DNA from: the human T2T-CHM13v2.0 reference genome, Homo sapiens
DNA length: 64,000 nt
Assembly (NCBI RefSeq): GCF_009914755.1
Contig: NC_060931.1
Reading direction: 5' to 3' (one strand)
Positions 43,240 to 58,733 of this stretch are shown here, one piece after another. The position numbers were made by a program, and so were the translations under genes. How positions within the stretch are numbered: position 1 is the stretch's first letter; the number at the start of each line of letters is the position of its first letter. Below the pieces are notes generated by a model that saw only the letters and a program-made list of their open reading frames with translations, ran no database searches and was not told where the DNA came from.

Positions 43240-44200
43240 ATGCAGTGATGGAAGTGGAACTCTGTATAACCACATTGGAAAGCTATTTGGCATTATCTTG
43301 ACATTAACATATTCTATCATTGGCAACTCTACTCCTGAATATATGTGCCCTGGATGCTTTTCCACATGCATGTCTCAGAAGAAGTTTACTAAAATGATCA
43401 TAGCAACATCGATAAAATGAAATACTGGAAACCACCCAAATGTCCTTTGACATGGAATGGATAAATAAATTGTGCTATATTCATATGATGGAACATATTA
43501 CACAGAATACAGAGTAAATAATAGCTTATACATACTGCTATGTGCCAAGCACTGCTCTTGGTGCTTTACATAAATTAATTCATAATTAATTTTTATCTTC
43601 AAAGAGGAATAATATTTATCCTTTTACAAATAAAGAAATAGGGACACAAAGGGATTTAGGAACTTGCCCAATATTATACATGCATAGCCAGGATTTAAAC
43701 ACCAAAATCCCAGTTGAGTGCTCCCAATTCACTATGGTACTTCTACAGCAAATAAGGCATGGGTACAGGTACATAATTAAATATAAGAAATCATATTAAA
43801 TAAAAGAAAACAAAACAAAAGGCAATCCCGGAAGAATGCAACACACCATCGTATATGATTTTTACATAGCCCAAAAGTAGTGACACTACATAATATACTG
43901 TGTAGGAAAACAGTATATACAGAATATATACTGTATGGGAAAATATATAATAAAATAATTTTTAAAAATGAAAACAAGAAAGGGTAGTAGGTAGTAATTG
44001 CTCCTGGGCAGCAGGGTGCATGTGGAGGGAAATAGGGAGAAGACGAAGGTAGCTGCCCCTGCAATGGGATTGGTGATATTCAGATGTTGGGAGCTGGGTT
44101 CAGAAGTATTTATTTTATTATATGTTCTAATGAATGTATGTTATGTATATCCTTTTCTGTATGAAATGTTATGTTTTAAAAGATACTAAAGAAATAAATA
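43240..44200 (+). mobile_element. Old L1M 3' fragment interrupted by a MIR-like segment (~43520-43740)
   Basis: CTGGAAACCACCCAAATGTCC, GAATGGATAAATAAATTGTG and ATGATTTTTACATAG motifs. Confidence 0.6.
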
Positions 44201-44321
44201 GAAAGTGAGAAAGTGAAAAAATAAAAGGCTTTGGCTACATTTTCAAGGTGTTTGATCTGAAGGAAAGATGTATCACCGGGTAGATCCATGGTTAATGGTG
44301 TGTGTGTGTGTGTCTTTTCTG

Positions 44322-44431
44322 TTTTTTAAGAGAGTGTCTCACTGTGCTGCCCAGGCTGATCTTAAACTCCTGGGCTCAAGCAATCCTCCTGCCTCAGCCT
44401 TCAGAGTAGCTGGGACTACAGGCATGTATCA
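44322..44431 (-). mobile_element. FLAM (Alu left monomer)
   Basis: Single arm CCCAGGCTGATCTTAAACTCCTGGGCTCAAGCAATCC. Confidence 0.8.
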
Positions 44432-44489
44432 TATGTTTGTCTTCATTTAGAGGGTCTGAATCTTGTTTATAGATAGGTAAGCTAAATTA

Positions 44490-44654
44490 AGTGTGGAGAC
44501 TTTTCCTGATTATCATGACTGTGGAGAGGGTGCTACTGGCATTTTGTAGGTACAAGCCAGGAATGCAGCTAAACATCCTGCAATGAACATGGCACTCCCA
44601 TCCTTAACTATGCATTATCCAAGATGTCAGCAGTACCAAGTTTGAGAAGCTCAG
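44490..44654. mobile_element. MER20-like hAT element (partial)
   Basis: GTGCTACTGGCAT...GCCAGGAATGCAGCTAAACATCCTGCAATG...TTTGAGAAGC. Confidence 0.75.
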
Positions 44655-45941
44655 AGATAGAGAAAGCACAACGGGAGAGATTTAAAAAAAATGTTATATC
44701 AGGAAAAAATTGAGACAGTAAAGTCCAGACAAGACAGGAGGAGAGCTGGGCCCCAAAGCAGACATATTACATCTTCAGAGCCTGGTGAGCACCGAAGAAC
44801 TGACCATTTTCTTAAGCTCACTCTTTTAAGCAGAATGTCATAAAGTAGACCTTACTCCTACTCCGCTGCTACTAAAAGCAGCCTCAGAGGGCATATTGAG
44901 AATTTATTGCTTATCATTCTGAAGAAACGGGAAGAACAAGTACAAAATAAGAAATGCAGGTGGGGCTGATGTTACATCAGAGCTAATGAAGCATAACAAG
45001 CCTCAGGACTCCTTCCTGGCACCTGCCCAGACTGGTACCTGCCCAGACTGGCACCTGAGAGGAGTCTTTGCAATTTTGAAATTTTTAAAGTTTGTGTTAA
45101 TTATATTAGTTAAAAGTCTCCCACTCCCCCAAGTTGTATACATTTTGGGCTCAGCAAAATAAGGATTTACCCTGGAGTATGGGGTACTCAAATAGGTTTT
45201 ATAGCTACTTTCCTTGACATCCTGGCTAGATGGCACCCTGAAGCTCAATGGCCACATATCACTCTATTTAGTTCCCTAAGATGCAGTTCATAAAGCCTCA
45301 TCACTCTCCGGGTCTCCTACCCTTATATAGTTTTCACAGGTCATTTCCTCATTGAAAGCCCAGCTTCCTAGTTTTAAAGTGCTGAGGGTATAATTAGGCC
45401 AAAACAGTACATGAGAGTGAGTAGGTGATTCAATTTCCCCTGCTCTGAAGGGGAATCACATTACAATGAGAAGCTGCTATCTCTTGGTCTTATGGTCCAC
45501 ATAGGAAACAACAGCTCAGGAAAATTGTTATTAAATTTTGTGTACATGAGTCACCTATTTGTTATAAACGTGGATTCCAGGGAACCACTCCATAAGAGTC
45601 ACATAATATTTTGGTCCAAGGATGATAATTTGAGAACTAATTCTTCAATGAAAAGGTTGTTAATTTTCTGAAATGACAGATCTTTTATAGGTTATTCTAA
45701 TATTCACATATTAACAATTTTAATATGGGGATCAATCTATGACAGCCTTGTTTATGATCCCTAGATTAGATACTCCTTCACAGAAAATCAGAGTAAGTAG
45801 ATGGTATCAGAGAGAGAGAGAGAGAAGAAAAAGAGAGAGAAGAAAAAGAAAGAGATAGTGGCAAAGCCAGTTAGGATTGAAGCTGGAAAGAGATCAACCA
45901 AGAAGTGAGAGAAAAACCCATTGAATTTGACTGGCAGGAGG

Positions 45942-45979
<38 letters not shown>

Positions 45980-46149
45980 TTTATATATATGGAGAGAGAG
46001 GAAGAGTGAAAGAGAGCAATTAGTATACATATGTTTGAAGTCAAAAGAGAACTACATAGAAAATAAAGACATTAGAAAGAAAGGAAAGATAGGGTGAAAT
46101 GCAATATTTGCTTCTACTTTAACCTGTAATCATGAAAATGATAGAAAAA

Positions 46150-47700
46150 GGATTAAAAAGACATAATCCAAAAAGGATAAGTAAAACTGGAGTGTAGATG
46201 CCAAAGAAATATCAGCAACATTTTAAAAACTCTAAAACATATGGGCAAGTGTTGGCACTTTGCACGCTAGGAAAAGCGGAAATCTAACTGCTTGCAAGGT
46301 GACAGGAGCCAATATGCAAGCTGATTCATAAAAAAGACTCCAGAAATTCTTGGAAATTAGAAGCCTAGAGAGTGAGAAGAGGGGTGGGTGTGGATGAAAT
46401 CAGAAGTGTTTCAAAGTATGCATAATAAGCAGTAATGCCAGACAATAAAGGGGGAACAATCTGACTTAGAGGAGTCCCAGGAAGAAAGTGAAGAGGAGAA
46501 TGAAGAGAAGAAAAGATACAACAGAAATAATGAGCATTCTCTAGAGCTGAAGGCCATGGGGTCCCTGGTAGAAAGTTCCACTGTGTCTCAGTGCAAGGGG
46601 TATAAAAAGAGAGATGCTAAGAGAAACAGGAGAAGGTTTTAAAACACAGAGATTAATTAAAGAAGGGATTCCAAACACATGGGTGAGAGACAGGTTACAA
46701 CCAAAACTTTGAAATTAGAAAGAATCAGACTTCTCAGCAGCTCTACTAGAAGTTTGGAAACAATGGAGCGGTATCCTCAAAATTCTGAAGCAAGTGGTTT
46801 CAACCTAGAATTTTATATCCATCTATCAGTAATGTGTGAAGTTGGAATAATACAATTTTCGAACATGCAAGACTCAACACTGGACTCTGTATCCTTCTTC
46901 CAGAAGCTAGGAGAGGATATGCTTCCGCAACATGGCAGACTATAGGTGGTGGGCCTGAGAAACTGAAGTTCTATATAAGTCAGGGGCTGAGAGAATGCTC
47001 CAGGTGATGGTGAAGCTAAGCTCCAGCCAGACAAGTGGAGCATGGAGGATACCTTCAATTAAAAACCAAAACATTGTAAACTGATGAAAACTGGTAAATT
47101 GTACTACATTGAGAGGAGTATAAAAACTTTTGTAGAGAGGCTGGCGAAAAATTAGTGAAACTAATACAAAAATCTTATCAAATGGAAAAAATGGGGTAAT
47201 GTTTAATTTCAAGAGAAACAAGAAAATTGTAGAAGTAAAGGAAAGAAGGAAGGAAACAAGGGCAGAAGAAAGGGAGGGAAAAGTGTGATAAAATTCCAGC
47301 ATGTGGCTCAGTGGTGAATACTATCTTCCTAATAGGTAAAGACACTGGTATTTAACCAAAAGTTTTGGTATAATTATTTTGGGAAGATGGAGGGCAAGTG
47401 ATTGGAGGGTTGCTGATGAAGTATGGTACACAGAATATTTTAACTGTGGTATTGCAAAAGAAGGATGCTAAAATTCTCATCTTCCTTAAAGATGTATTTC
47501 TTAACAGATATTGCCTAAAATGAAACATATCAATAAACAGTATGCAAATGTTATTTTGAAATATGTAGGGAAGAACCAGAAGAAACAACAAGAAGTTTAA
47601 AATTATTACCTCTAGGGATAGGGAACTGGCAGAAACCAAGGAATGATGCTTTGTCATAATTAAAAAAAAATGACTTTAGAAAATATGGACATGGCTCATA
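46150..47700 (+). mobile_element. HAL1-like (half-L1) fragment
   Basis: ORF1-like CAGACTTCTCAGCAGC, CTCAAAATTCTGA, CAACCTAGAATTTTATATCCA and CAGAAGCTAGGAGAGGATATGCT. Boundaries approximate. Confidence 0.6.
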
Positions 47701-48376
47701 AACATAAAAATAAATCAATTATAAAGAAAGTGTATTACATAATACATGCACTTATGCCAAAAATATTGTGTTCTAAATATTTATGTATGTTTTGTGTAAG
47801 ATTTATATGAGTCTAAGAAAATGTGGCTCAATTATTTGTATAATTATAGACTATAATTACAGATTATTTTTCTCTTTTCCAAAAGATGTTGGTAGTTTCT
47901 TGTTTTAAATGTATAAGTTACTCCACCCACCAAGTTAAAGGAGCATCCACCTGAAGTAGTGATATTACCAACAGAACTATATGAGGTAGTTATATCGAGG
48001 CCACATATTTACATTTCTTCAAGCTTGCGCTTTGGAATAATAAAGCCCAGAGGAACTGGTGGTGATTCATCATGCTCCAAACCTAGGTCTCAGGACATTG
48101 GGTGTGGTGACAAGGGCCACCATGCAAGAGGAATGTCAAATGCACCAGGCAAGAGTGTCTGGAAATCCAGGTATCAGTGTTGTACTAGAAAAGTTCATAC
48201 AACATGATTTAGAAATCATTTCCTCAAAATGATTTCAGTTTTAACTAATATTTTATTTAAAAAGTAATCACTCAAAATTTTAAAGTGGTCAATACAATTA
48301 AAAAAAAGACAAGTAACATTCTTGAAATTTCCCCCCTTTTCTATCTCTACTGAAATGCAGTTTGATATTTCTATAC

Positions 48377-48537
48377 CTCTTTATAGCCGTCACTGATTCT
48401 CTCCAAGCTGAGGGAATATACAAGGTCCCTGCCTCCCACGAAGAGCCTCTCTTGATATTCATCCAGCAGCATTGTATGGAGATCAAGAAATCCAAAAGGG
48501 CTATGAAATATTGATGTTCTGTTCAGATTCAAGAGCT
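48377..48537 (-). CDS. SEMA3E: Semaphorin-3E coding exon (exon 2 by recall, 161 nt, phase 1 to 0), start of Sema domain
   Basis: Minus strand reads TTTCAG|AG CTC TTG AAT...GGC TAT AAA GAG|GTATAG. Translation (E)LLNLNRTSIFHSPFGFLDLHTMLLDEYQERLFVGGRDLVYSLSLERISDGYKE matches my recollection of human SEMA3E. Contains an NRT sequon. Confidence 0.97.
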
Positions 48538-49518
48538 CTGAAATGCAAAGTGATACATACACTAAGCACACGAGAAAATGTAAATACCTTTATCACCCTT
48601 TTCTCATAGCTCTGTTTTCATCCCTATTGGAACTGAGTCATTAACATTCATTTTATCATACATATACTGGCAAAGAATTTTAATGTGCACAAGTTAAAAT
48701 ATTTCATAAATTTATGAATCTAAAAACTTCAACAATTTAATATGTAAGAAAAATATTCTATATTTTTAAACACAGAAAAATAGTCATCCTTCACAATCTT
48801 TAACATAAAGTGCTAGGTGAAAGTCATTTTACAGCTCCTCTAATGTATAACGGTTCCAAATCTACATTAAACCCACCAGAGTGTGTTTATTAAATTCCAG
48901 ATAAATGCCACTCAGAAAAATAATGTTTCTACTTGAAATTGGTTTTGATAGTCACATCCAAAATCAAATTTTCCCAGTCTGCAAACTCTCAGTGTCATCA
49001 ATACAATGAGGCATTAATGTGGTAACAGTTACAGTAGGGATCACTGATAAAACTGGTGGGAATATATTTTCAATCATTGCAATTTTTGCTAATACTCTTG
49101 CATTCGTGCCTATGCCAGAAATGTTGAGCTATGTTTTACCTATATACATGTAAGAAGTCAGAATCTGGCAAACCTCTCATGTGTGTGCATTTGTTTGTTG
49201 AACGTATTTAATTGCATATGGCAGTTTAGTACTTAAGGTTGGTAAAACGATATATGAGAGCCTTTGGTGATGAGAGAGAATAAAAACCCCAGGCCTAGAC
49301 TCTGGATGCTAAAGAATTCCTGAAGAGGCCCTTTGGCAAATGCTGACAAGTTAGAAGATAACTTTTTTTACAAAGATCAATGCCTAATGCATCTAACAGA
49401 GAATGTGAATTCTTAGTGACGAGGACTCTAAAATCTAAACAAATGATAATATAAAGTAGGACAAATCTACAGCACTGTGCCCACTCTTACACTTTTTGTT
49501 TCTGAGAAAGAAGAGCTG

Positions 49519-49762
49519 AAGTATATGCCTCTGTATTAATAATATATTCCTTATCTATGTCTCTACCCTCAAACTGTTGATGCCCAAAACTTTGTGGAGT
49601 TAACTTTAAATCTTTAGTTTAAAATGAACAATACTGCTAAAAGTATCTGTTCCTCTGTATTAATAATATATTCCTTATCTATATCTCTACCCTCAAACTG
49701 TTGATGCCCAAAACTTTGTGGAGTTAAATTTAAATCTTTTAAAATGAACAATACTGCTAAAA
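49519..49762. repeat. Two-copy tandem duplication, ~122-bp unit
   Basis: CCTCTGTATTAATAATATATTCC...AATACTGCTAAAA occurs at 49528 and again at 49652 with few differences. Confidence 0.93.
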
Positions 49763-52700
49763 TCAATGTATCCCTTATAAAGGTAAAACTTTCTCTTATT
49801 GAGTTAGCTTTGAGATATTGAGTCTTTTGACTATTCACCTAAATAAATAATCTGAGAATAAGTTTTGAGGGTGGGGAAAAAAGGAATAATAGGTATAACA
49901 CATAAGAGGTTTGCCAGATTCTGACATTTTAAAATTAAATATGTATAGGTAAAACATATAGCTTGAAACTTCTGACATAGGCATGAATGAAGAGTATTAG
50001 CAAAAATTTCAATGGTAGAAAATCTATTCCCTAATATTCCTTCTTTTCCCACCCTCAAAACTTACTTGGGAAGGAAAAGAAAATAGTATGAAAAATTAGA
50101 GGTTCTTGAATCCTGGAAGACAATTTTTTTCCATTTAATAAAAAGTAGAATCATACTGCTTTCCTTTGCATACAGCAAGAGAAGCACAGGTTGGGATCCA
50201 CTAGCATAACAAAAATATAGCTCAAAACTGTCTGCTATCATTATAATTTGTCTTTATACATAAGCATTTATGTTTATATCAGGGCTGCCAAGTGGATTTT
50301 TAGAAAAGTTTTCTCAGTTATTCCAATAGTTTGCAACATTTCTCAGTTTTAATGCACAGTGAAATAATCTGAATGTGTACAACTGATGAAAGGATGGTTA
50401 CGCACTAGCTTGAATAGGTTCCTAGACTACAGAGCTACCCAAAACACTCCGGTGTAGAGCTTAGGGGACTAAGTTGGGAAATAAGAGAAAGTCATGAAAG
50501 GATTCAATTATGAGGGATTTTAGTAAGAGGCAGCCCATCCAGTAAAGGAGGTACTCCATGAGTGAATCCATCTAGGGATGACCTTGCCTGCTACCCAGTG
50601 AGGTGATTAATACCTCATTATCCCTGCACGCACATGGCAAGATAGACACCAACTTTTACTTGCTTTTATGACTTACCAATTTGCCTACTTTCTAAGTATA
50701 TTACAGTTCTAATAGTCTAAAGATAGTAGTTCTTATTTCTTTGTAAATAATAGTAGAAACTAATTATTGAATCATCAATCTTATTTTATTCTGGTGTATC
50801 ACCTTCTCTTGTAACCTATTCTTCCTCTCTATGGCCAAATCTATCCTATGAAATCACAAAGATGTGCACGTTTCTGTGGGTACATACTTTGGAGAAAGCA
50901 GAGGGAAAGAACGGAAGTGTGCATACAACAAATGCAAATTTAGTGAATCTTCATTTTTAATGATCTTTATGTTTATTTATATATATATGTACACACACAC
51001 ACACACATATACTTTTACAAAACAGCAAACAACCACTGTGTGACAGTTTAAATTACCAATGTATTTTATTTTACTGGAGAAACCTGGGTGCTCAAAAATT
51101 TAATGACTATCTTATGGTCATACACTATTACAATGAAAATCACTCAATTTACCTCTAAAAACATGAGAATTAAAGTATAACAGGTGCGTATATTATAACC
51201 AAAGGTCTTTGTAGACTGAGAATCTGGAAGGCCAGGTTTTAGTCTTGGCTTTGACAATAATTGCGTAGGTAAACTTGAACAACCTCTTAACCTCTTTAGA
51301 CTGGATTCTTCACCTGTTAATCACCCTTTCACCTTTAAAATTCTTAATTATTTGACTAAATTGCATTTTTAAAATGAAGCTGATAAAACAGTGCAAAAAA
51401 AGAAGCAAATCGACACTTAGATGTTTTATGGAGTCCTTTAAAGTACAGTGCTGAGCTTTTATTTTTGTTTTTCATACTGTTGGAAGCTTATCAAAGGGAG
51501 GGAGTGGTGAATAGCAAGTCTAACTATCACATGTCCCATGTTTAAACTTGCCTAAAGTGAAGTAGCTAGAAAATTCATTTACAACTTTTGCTCTGACTCT
51601 AAATGATTATAATGTCAGTGAAAAAAAATATAATAAGGAATTTCAGAGATTACTTTTCCTGATTCATTCATATTGCCTCAGAGAAAATTATTGCCAAAAT
51701 ATGTCTGGATACATAAAACTGAATATCATTACATACCATAGGTAATAAATTGAGAAATGTCATTTTATTTATGAAGATACTTCTTAGAAAAATTTCTAAG
51801 GTCATTTTTTAAATTTATAAACCTAATAAACAGACTATAGTTTTCTTTAAACATTTCATAATATAAAAAAAGAAAAATGCATTGAATGCTTCGGCTACTC
51901 TCTACCCTGACCAATGCCATTCAACAAAACAGTGACAACAATTGAATTCCTAAGACATTAAGACTTGTCAGTAGGTAGACATTATTTTAAAATCATAGCA
52001 CTAACTAGAGTTTATGAATGCCATGGTTTATATTTTTCATGTCTACTTTCACTGGCATAAATCCTATCTTGATCCTTAATTTTCTCTAAGGCCTGGACTG
52101 CTTTTCCTAACTGGTTACAATTTTGTAACATCCTTGACTTTATTCAAGAAAGGTTAGAAGTATCCATTATAGGTGAATATTTGTGCTTTAGACATATATC
52201 TGCAATAATGGACATGGAGCCATTCTAAAATAGAAACTATTTTTGAAAAGATGTGAATGTTTATTATATACTTACTCTTATTTATTCAATATTAACTCAA
52301 TTTTTCTACTTTATTTGATTAATTTGCCTCTTTCCAAAAAGGATCTGAGATGACTTATACAAATATATCCGATCAAATAAACAAATATATTTCTAGGGAG
52401 TAAGGGTAAGAGAAAAACAGTTAAGATGAGTGGGTTGTAATAAATTTAACTGGAAGTCATCCGCTAATATCTGTTACATTATTAAAATGAATCCCAAATT
52501 TGACCTCAGCCTTCCCAAAATCCAAAGTAGAGGAAGTCATTGTAACACAAGAAAAAAAAAACTGTATCAATTGCTTAGGAGCATTATCTAGTATTAAGAA
52601 CTAAGAGAAATTTCTTCTAAGGTTTTAATAGGTATACCGAAAAATACTATGGTGGACATTCAACATCACTAAGAATTAAGGTGTAAAGTTCTACACCTGT

Positions 52701-55700
52701 GCTTATAACTACATCCCTTAATAAAAGACAACTAAACTAACATCAAAATTCACTCCACCAAAAGTCACTTTATGGCCTTAGGTAGCCATGTTATTTGGAA
52801 TATTAATGACTGCAATGAACAGAGATTAAATTAAAGTAATGTAAAGGTGAGGACAGAAATCCTGGCTTCATGGTAATCGGAAAACAAACAGAAGCCAAGG
52901 TAATTTATCTCTTAGAAGATGCTGCATCTTTGCTTCTTGCTTCTCTTAATGCCACCGCTTCACTGTACTGATTCTAAAGGGCTTATTATTTAGTTTGTTC
53001 ATGGCCAAATATGTCTGTTAGCTCCCAATTATATATAAATTTCCAGCTCCCACATCACCACAGTGTGACAATAGCTCCTGCATTTCCCAATTCAAATTCT
53101 CAAGGGAAATAATGAAATTGTGTCAGCTAGTGTTCATAATTCATAGATTGCTGGCTTCATCTAGATTGAATGTGTTGTGAACAATTATCCATCTGCGGTT
53201 AAAATGTGGAAGCCACATGGTAAAAAGGGTGGTTTCTATAATTAATGTGTATGGGGTCAGAGCAGTCAACATGAAGCATGTTTCAATTCCATAGCAAACT
53301 TAGCCAGTCTGTCTTTATCCATGAACAAATTTATAATACCATAAATTTGTTACAATCTGTATTTCTGCTAGACTAAATAAGTTGGCCTGCTGTCGATAGC
53401 TTTTCATGATTATATAATCATGTTTAGATGTTCATGATGTTTAGATGTTCATTCATATATAGATGTTTATGATTATATAATTATATTGCATGTTGGAGAG
53501 TATCTGCCAAATATGAAAATTTGAGTCTTCATTAATTGATCTTAAGTCATTTTTCCCGATAATAACTGGATTGTGAAAGTGACTCACATGACTGGATAAT
53601 AAATTTCATATCTGCATAGAGAAGAATGCTTCTATTTCCAATCTATTTTATAATGAGATTTTCATCTATCTCATCCATAAGAAATTCATAGAAATTGCAG
53701 TATGCTTTATTTGTAAAAAGAGCATTATAAACATAAAACAATTAATGAGATCAAAGCAGTAAACTTTGATAAATCATGGAATTCTGAAGTTTAAGAAAGA
53801 AGCAGAAACATAATTATTAGGGGAAACATGGGGAAAAACATACATATAGCACGTATGGAAACAAATTGTTTTTAATATGTTCTTTTAATATGTTGAAAAA
53901 AACTATTTTAAAGAAGTAAAAATATCAACACTGTTCTGTGAATAGGACATCAAAGACGCAAAAAGTGAATTTGCATAAAAAGAATTCAACTTCATTAAAT
54001 GTTCAAAGGAATGAGGATAAAATATCATTTTAAGAGGTATTTTTAAAAATTACAATAACTAGTGAAAATAAGAATTCAGGCTCTTCTAGAGACCTATGTA
54101 AAATTTCTATATTACACAAATTTTCTCCAGTGAACATGTGTTACTTTATCAAAAATGAAATTATATAAGTAAAAGGGGAAGATGTACGAGACGTCTCATT
54201 TTTTATGCAACCAAATTTCCTCCTATATCCAGGTACTGGTCCTCCCCACCCTAACTCTCAAGGTGATAATAACAGTTAATAAATATTTATTGAGCAGTTA
54301 CATGGCATGTACTATCTAAGGGCTAGACAATTTTATGTCATGTAATCATTGTGACATCTCCTCAGAAATACTATTATCCCCATTTTCTGTATGCAAAAAG
54401 AGAATTTATTAGAGATTCAGTACAGAGCTAAGGTTATTTGGTCAGTGTTGGTGACAAAATTTGAACGACAGAAGTTGACTGGAGAGCTTTGTTACAATGC
54501 ACTGAGATTTCTAAATATTATTTTAAAAATACCCTAGTAATTAAAAGTCTAGTCTATTAAGGGATTATAATGTGTCAGAAATGAATGCATTTTTTGCAGA
54601 GCCTGATATAAATAATAAGATAGAAGGTTTTCAAAATATTTAATAGGTTGTATTGAGATAATTCAAAATTATTTAATGGCAACAAGATAAATAGAAAAAT
54701 TCAGGTTAATATCAATTCAACTTTAATCACCTTTATTGTGTATTTTATAAACTATCCGAAATAATTACAAATTTTTTTTGCTTTGACTTATTGATTCATG
54801 ACATTTTTAGTTTTACATATCTCATATTTGAGAAAACTGAAATATTTCTATCTAATTTGCTATGGAGTTTCAAAATGTATTGAATATTTTTTGCATATAC
54901 TGAAGGCAATATAAAGGCAAGCAAGGCTTTCTTCCCTCCTTAAGAATTTTTCCTTTCTTAGTTTTAGAGTCACTCCTTTAAGTCATATTAATTATCTGAA
55001 CTCCAAATCATGGTCCCTGGACTTGGCATATTTACCAAGTAATGGCTGACTCCTTTAAATCCCTTCATGCTGCTTCAAGCTGCCTGGATGAAAGAAACAG
55101 AAAATATACAGGAAGATGGGGACAGAAGAAACTCTAATCTCAGGTAATCTCAAGAAAACACAGTGAAATAATGGACAGTGCTGACTCCGTTAAATGAAGC
55201 AAGCTCATCTTGAGTTCCTCCTACTCTAAAAATAACATGAATTGCTTGGGGATGGAATGGACAAAGAAATAAGATGAAACTGAAATGCACCAACTCAGAG
55301 TTCATCCGGAAATTTTCTAAAGAGGGAACTAATTATTATTGCTAAGCTGCATGCTAGTTATCAGCTGTCAATGAAGATATACTCTGAGGATTTAGTCATT
55401 TCCTCTCGTGGCCTTTCCTTTTAACCTGCAAGAGACACAGTTTTAAAACTCACTGACATCACTATATTACAAAGACAGTTCTCTACACTTTGTCAAAATA
55501 TATTTAAATGCTATAGTTCCTTGTGTACGATGAAGGAGAGGAGAACACACATTTTTCAGCTCTCAAACAAAAATAGATTTCAGGGGAGAGGTGTTTCTTT
55601 CTTGAATGCACATTTCTTGTTCCACCGTCACCTGCCAAGTAAAGACTTCCTAAGACTCAAGACTTTAACTAAACTTGTCATGGTTTTCTGAGTTAATTAC

Positions 55701-56254
55701 GTTATTCAATATTGTCCTAAGGTTAATTCAACAAAAAAAATTGAATTTCAGTCAGTAAGCATTGTTAATGAAAATGAAATATGGAAATAGCCATTAGAAA
55801 TTTTCTTTAACTTTGTAATGGTTCAAAAGGAAAAGGTTTCTCACAACATGCTTTGATGATTTTGACAGATTTGACTGATGATCACTAGTGGCTTATGATG
55901 TTGAAACAGATTCGTAAAGAAATAAGCAATTAACTTTTTAAAAACTATAAACACAGACTAGCTCATTGATTTGCTAATTGCTCTTTTTAGCAATGGACAA
56001 TCAGCTTGTCTTTCATGCAGTCTTTGAACTTTTAGGTTCTATTATTTTCACAAGTCAAAGGTGTACAATAGGCATTGTTGTACTAAAAGTTGCTCAGTCA
56101 TAAACCACTTTCCAAAGAAAGCAGGAGTTCAGATATACATAGGAATAGCCTAGACATTAATTCTCCAGTTAAAAGAAAATAATATAATTTATAATTTTCA
56201 GATTCCTTGTGTTCTTATCATATGTAAATTATTATTTAATGTTATATGGAAAAG

Positions 56255-56577
56255 TAAATATGTAAGTGAAGATGTATTTAATGATTAAGATGAAGACATT
56301 CATGATAAACTACTTCTACTTAATAAATAGTAAATATATTTTCTCTTATGGTTTTCTTAACATTTTCTTTTCTTTAGCTTATTTGATTGTAACAATACAG
56401 TATATAATACATATAAAAATATGTGTTACTCAACTGTTTATGTTATCAGTAAGGTTTCTGGTCAACAGTAGGCTATTAGTAATGTTTTCGGGGATTCAAA
56501 GGTTATATATACTCCAGCTTTAGACTGCACTGGGGTTTAGCATCCCTAACTCCCAAGTTGTTCAAGCATCAGCTGTA
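56255..56577. mobile_element. Tigger4-like TcMar element (partial)
   Basis: TTTAGCTTATTTGATTGTAACAATACAGTATATAATACAT, GGTCAACAGTAGGCTATTAGTA, and terminus TTGTTCAAGCATCAGCTG-TA. Confidence 0.75.
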
Positions 56578-56748
56578 TATTGAACATCCACTGTGTTAGG
56601 AATTATATCTGGAGTTTCAGAGGAATACTAAAGATCAATATAATTCTATAAATATAACACAAATCCGATTTTAGTATCCATTTTATTTATGAAATTTAGA
56701 GATAATTTTTTTCAAACTTGTGTACTTAATAAAATCAGGCACATTCAC

Positions 56749-57830
<1,082 letters not shown>

Positions 57831-58418
57831 ATTTTTAAACTGTTAAGTTTTAAGTTTTGAAGGTCATGGCTGAGAGATGAAGGAAACTGGGCCTTTAAAT
57901 GTAGAAATTCGTGTATCACTTATGTTGGAAAGATATTTTAAAGGTGTTTTATTTTAAAAAATAGAGTTAATTCCCTTTTTATCTCATGCAGCCTCCTCTT
58001 TCATAAACTTAATTCTTGATTATCTGGAGTAATTAACCAATTTAACAATTAACAGCTTATATAAAATGCTTATAATTTTAAATACACATATGCACATATA
58101 CGCGCATGCACACACACACAATGTTACTCATCAGAAGTGGGCAAGGGGCATTCTCAGTCTTCCAGAGGCTGAATTTGGACATCAACAAAGTCCTATGCAC
58201 TCCTATTCAACTGGCGAATTATGTGGGGATAAGAAATGTGTGGCTTTACCCAAAATAGAGCACTTATTTGTGAGAATTCCAGAATTTTGACTAATGAATA
58301 TTTTATAATAAGATGTTATAGATATTCAGTCAAAGCAGAAGTTAAGGAAGCCAAGAATATATATGAACTACTGTGGTATTTTTCTGCAACATTAGCCACT
58401 TAAAACTTACTTAAAAGA

Positions 58419-58733
<315 letters not shown>

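Noticed and set aside
48371-48571. 66-aa ORF as a stand-alone gene
   Set aside because: It is the SEMA3E exon plus flanking intron; true limits are 48377-48537.
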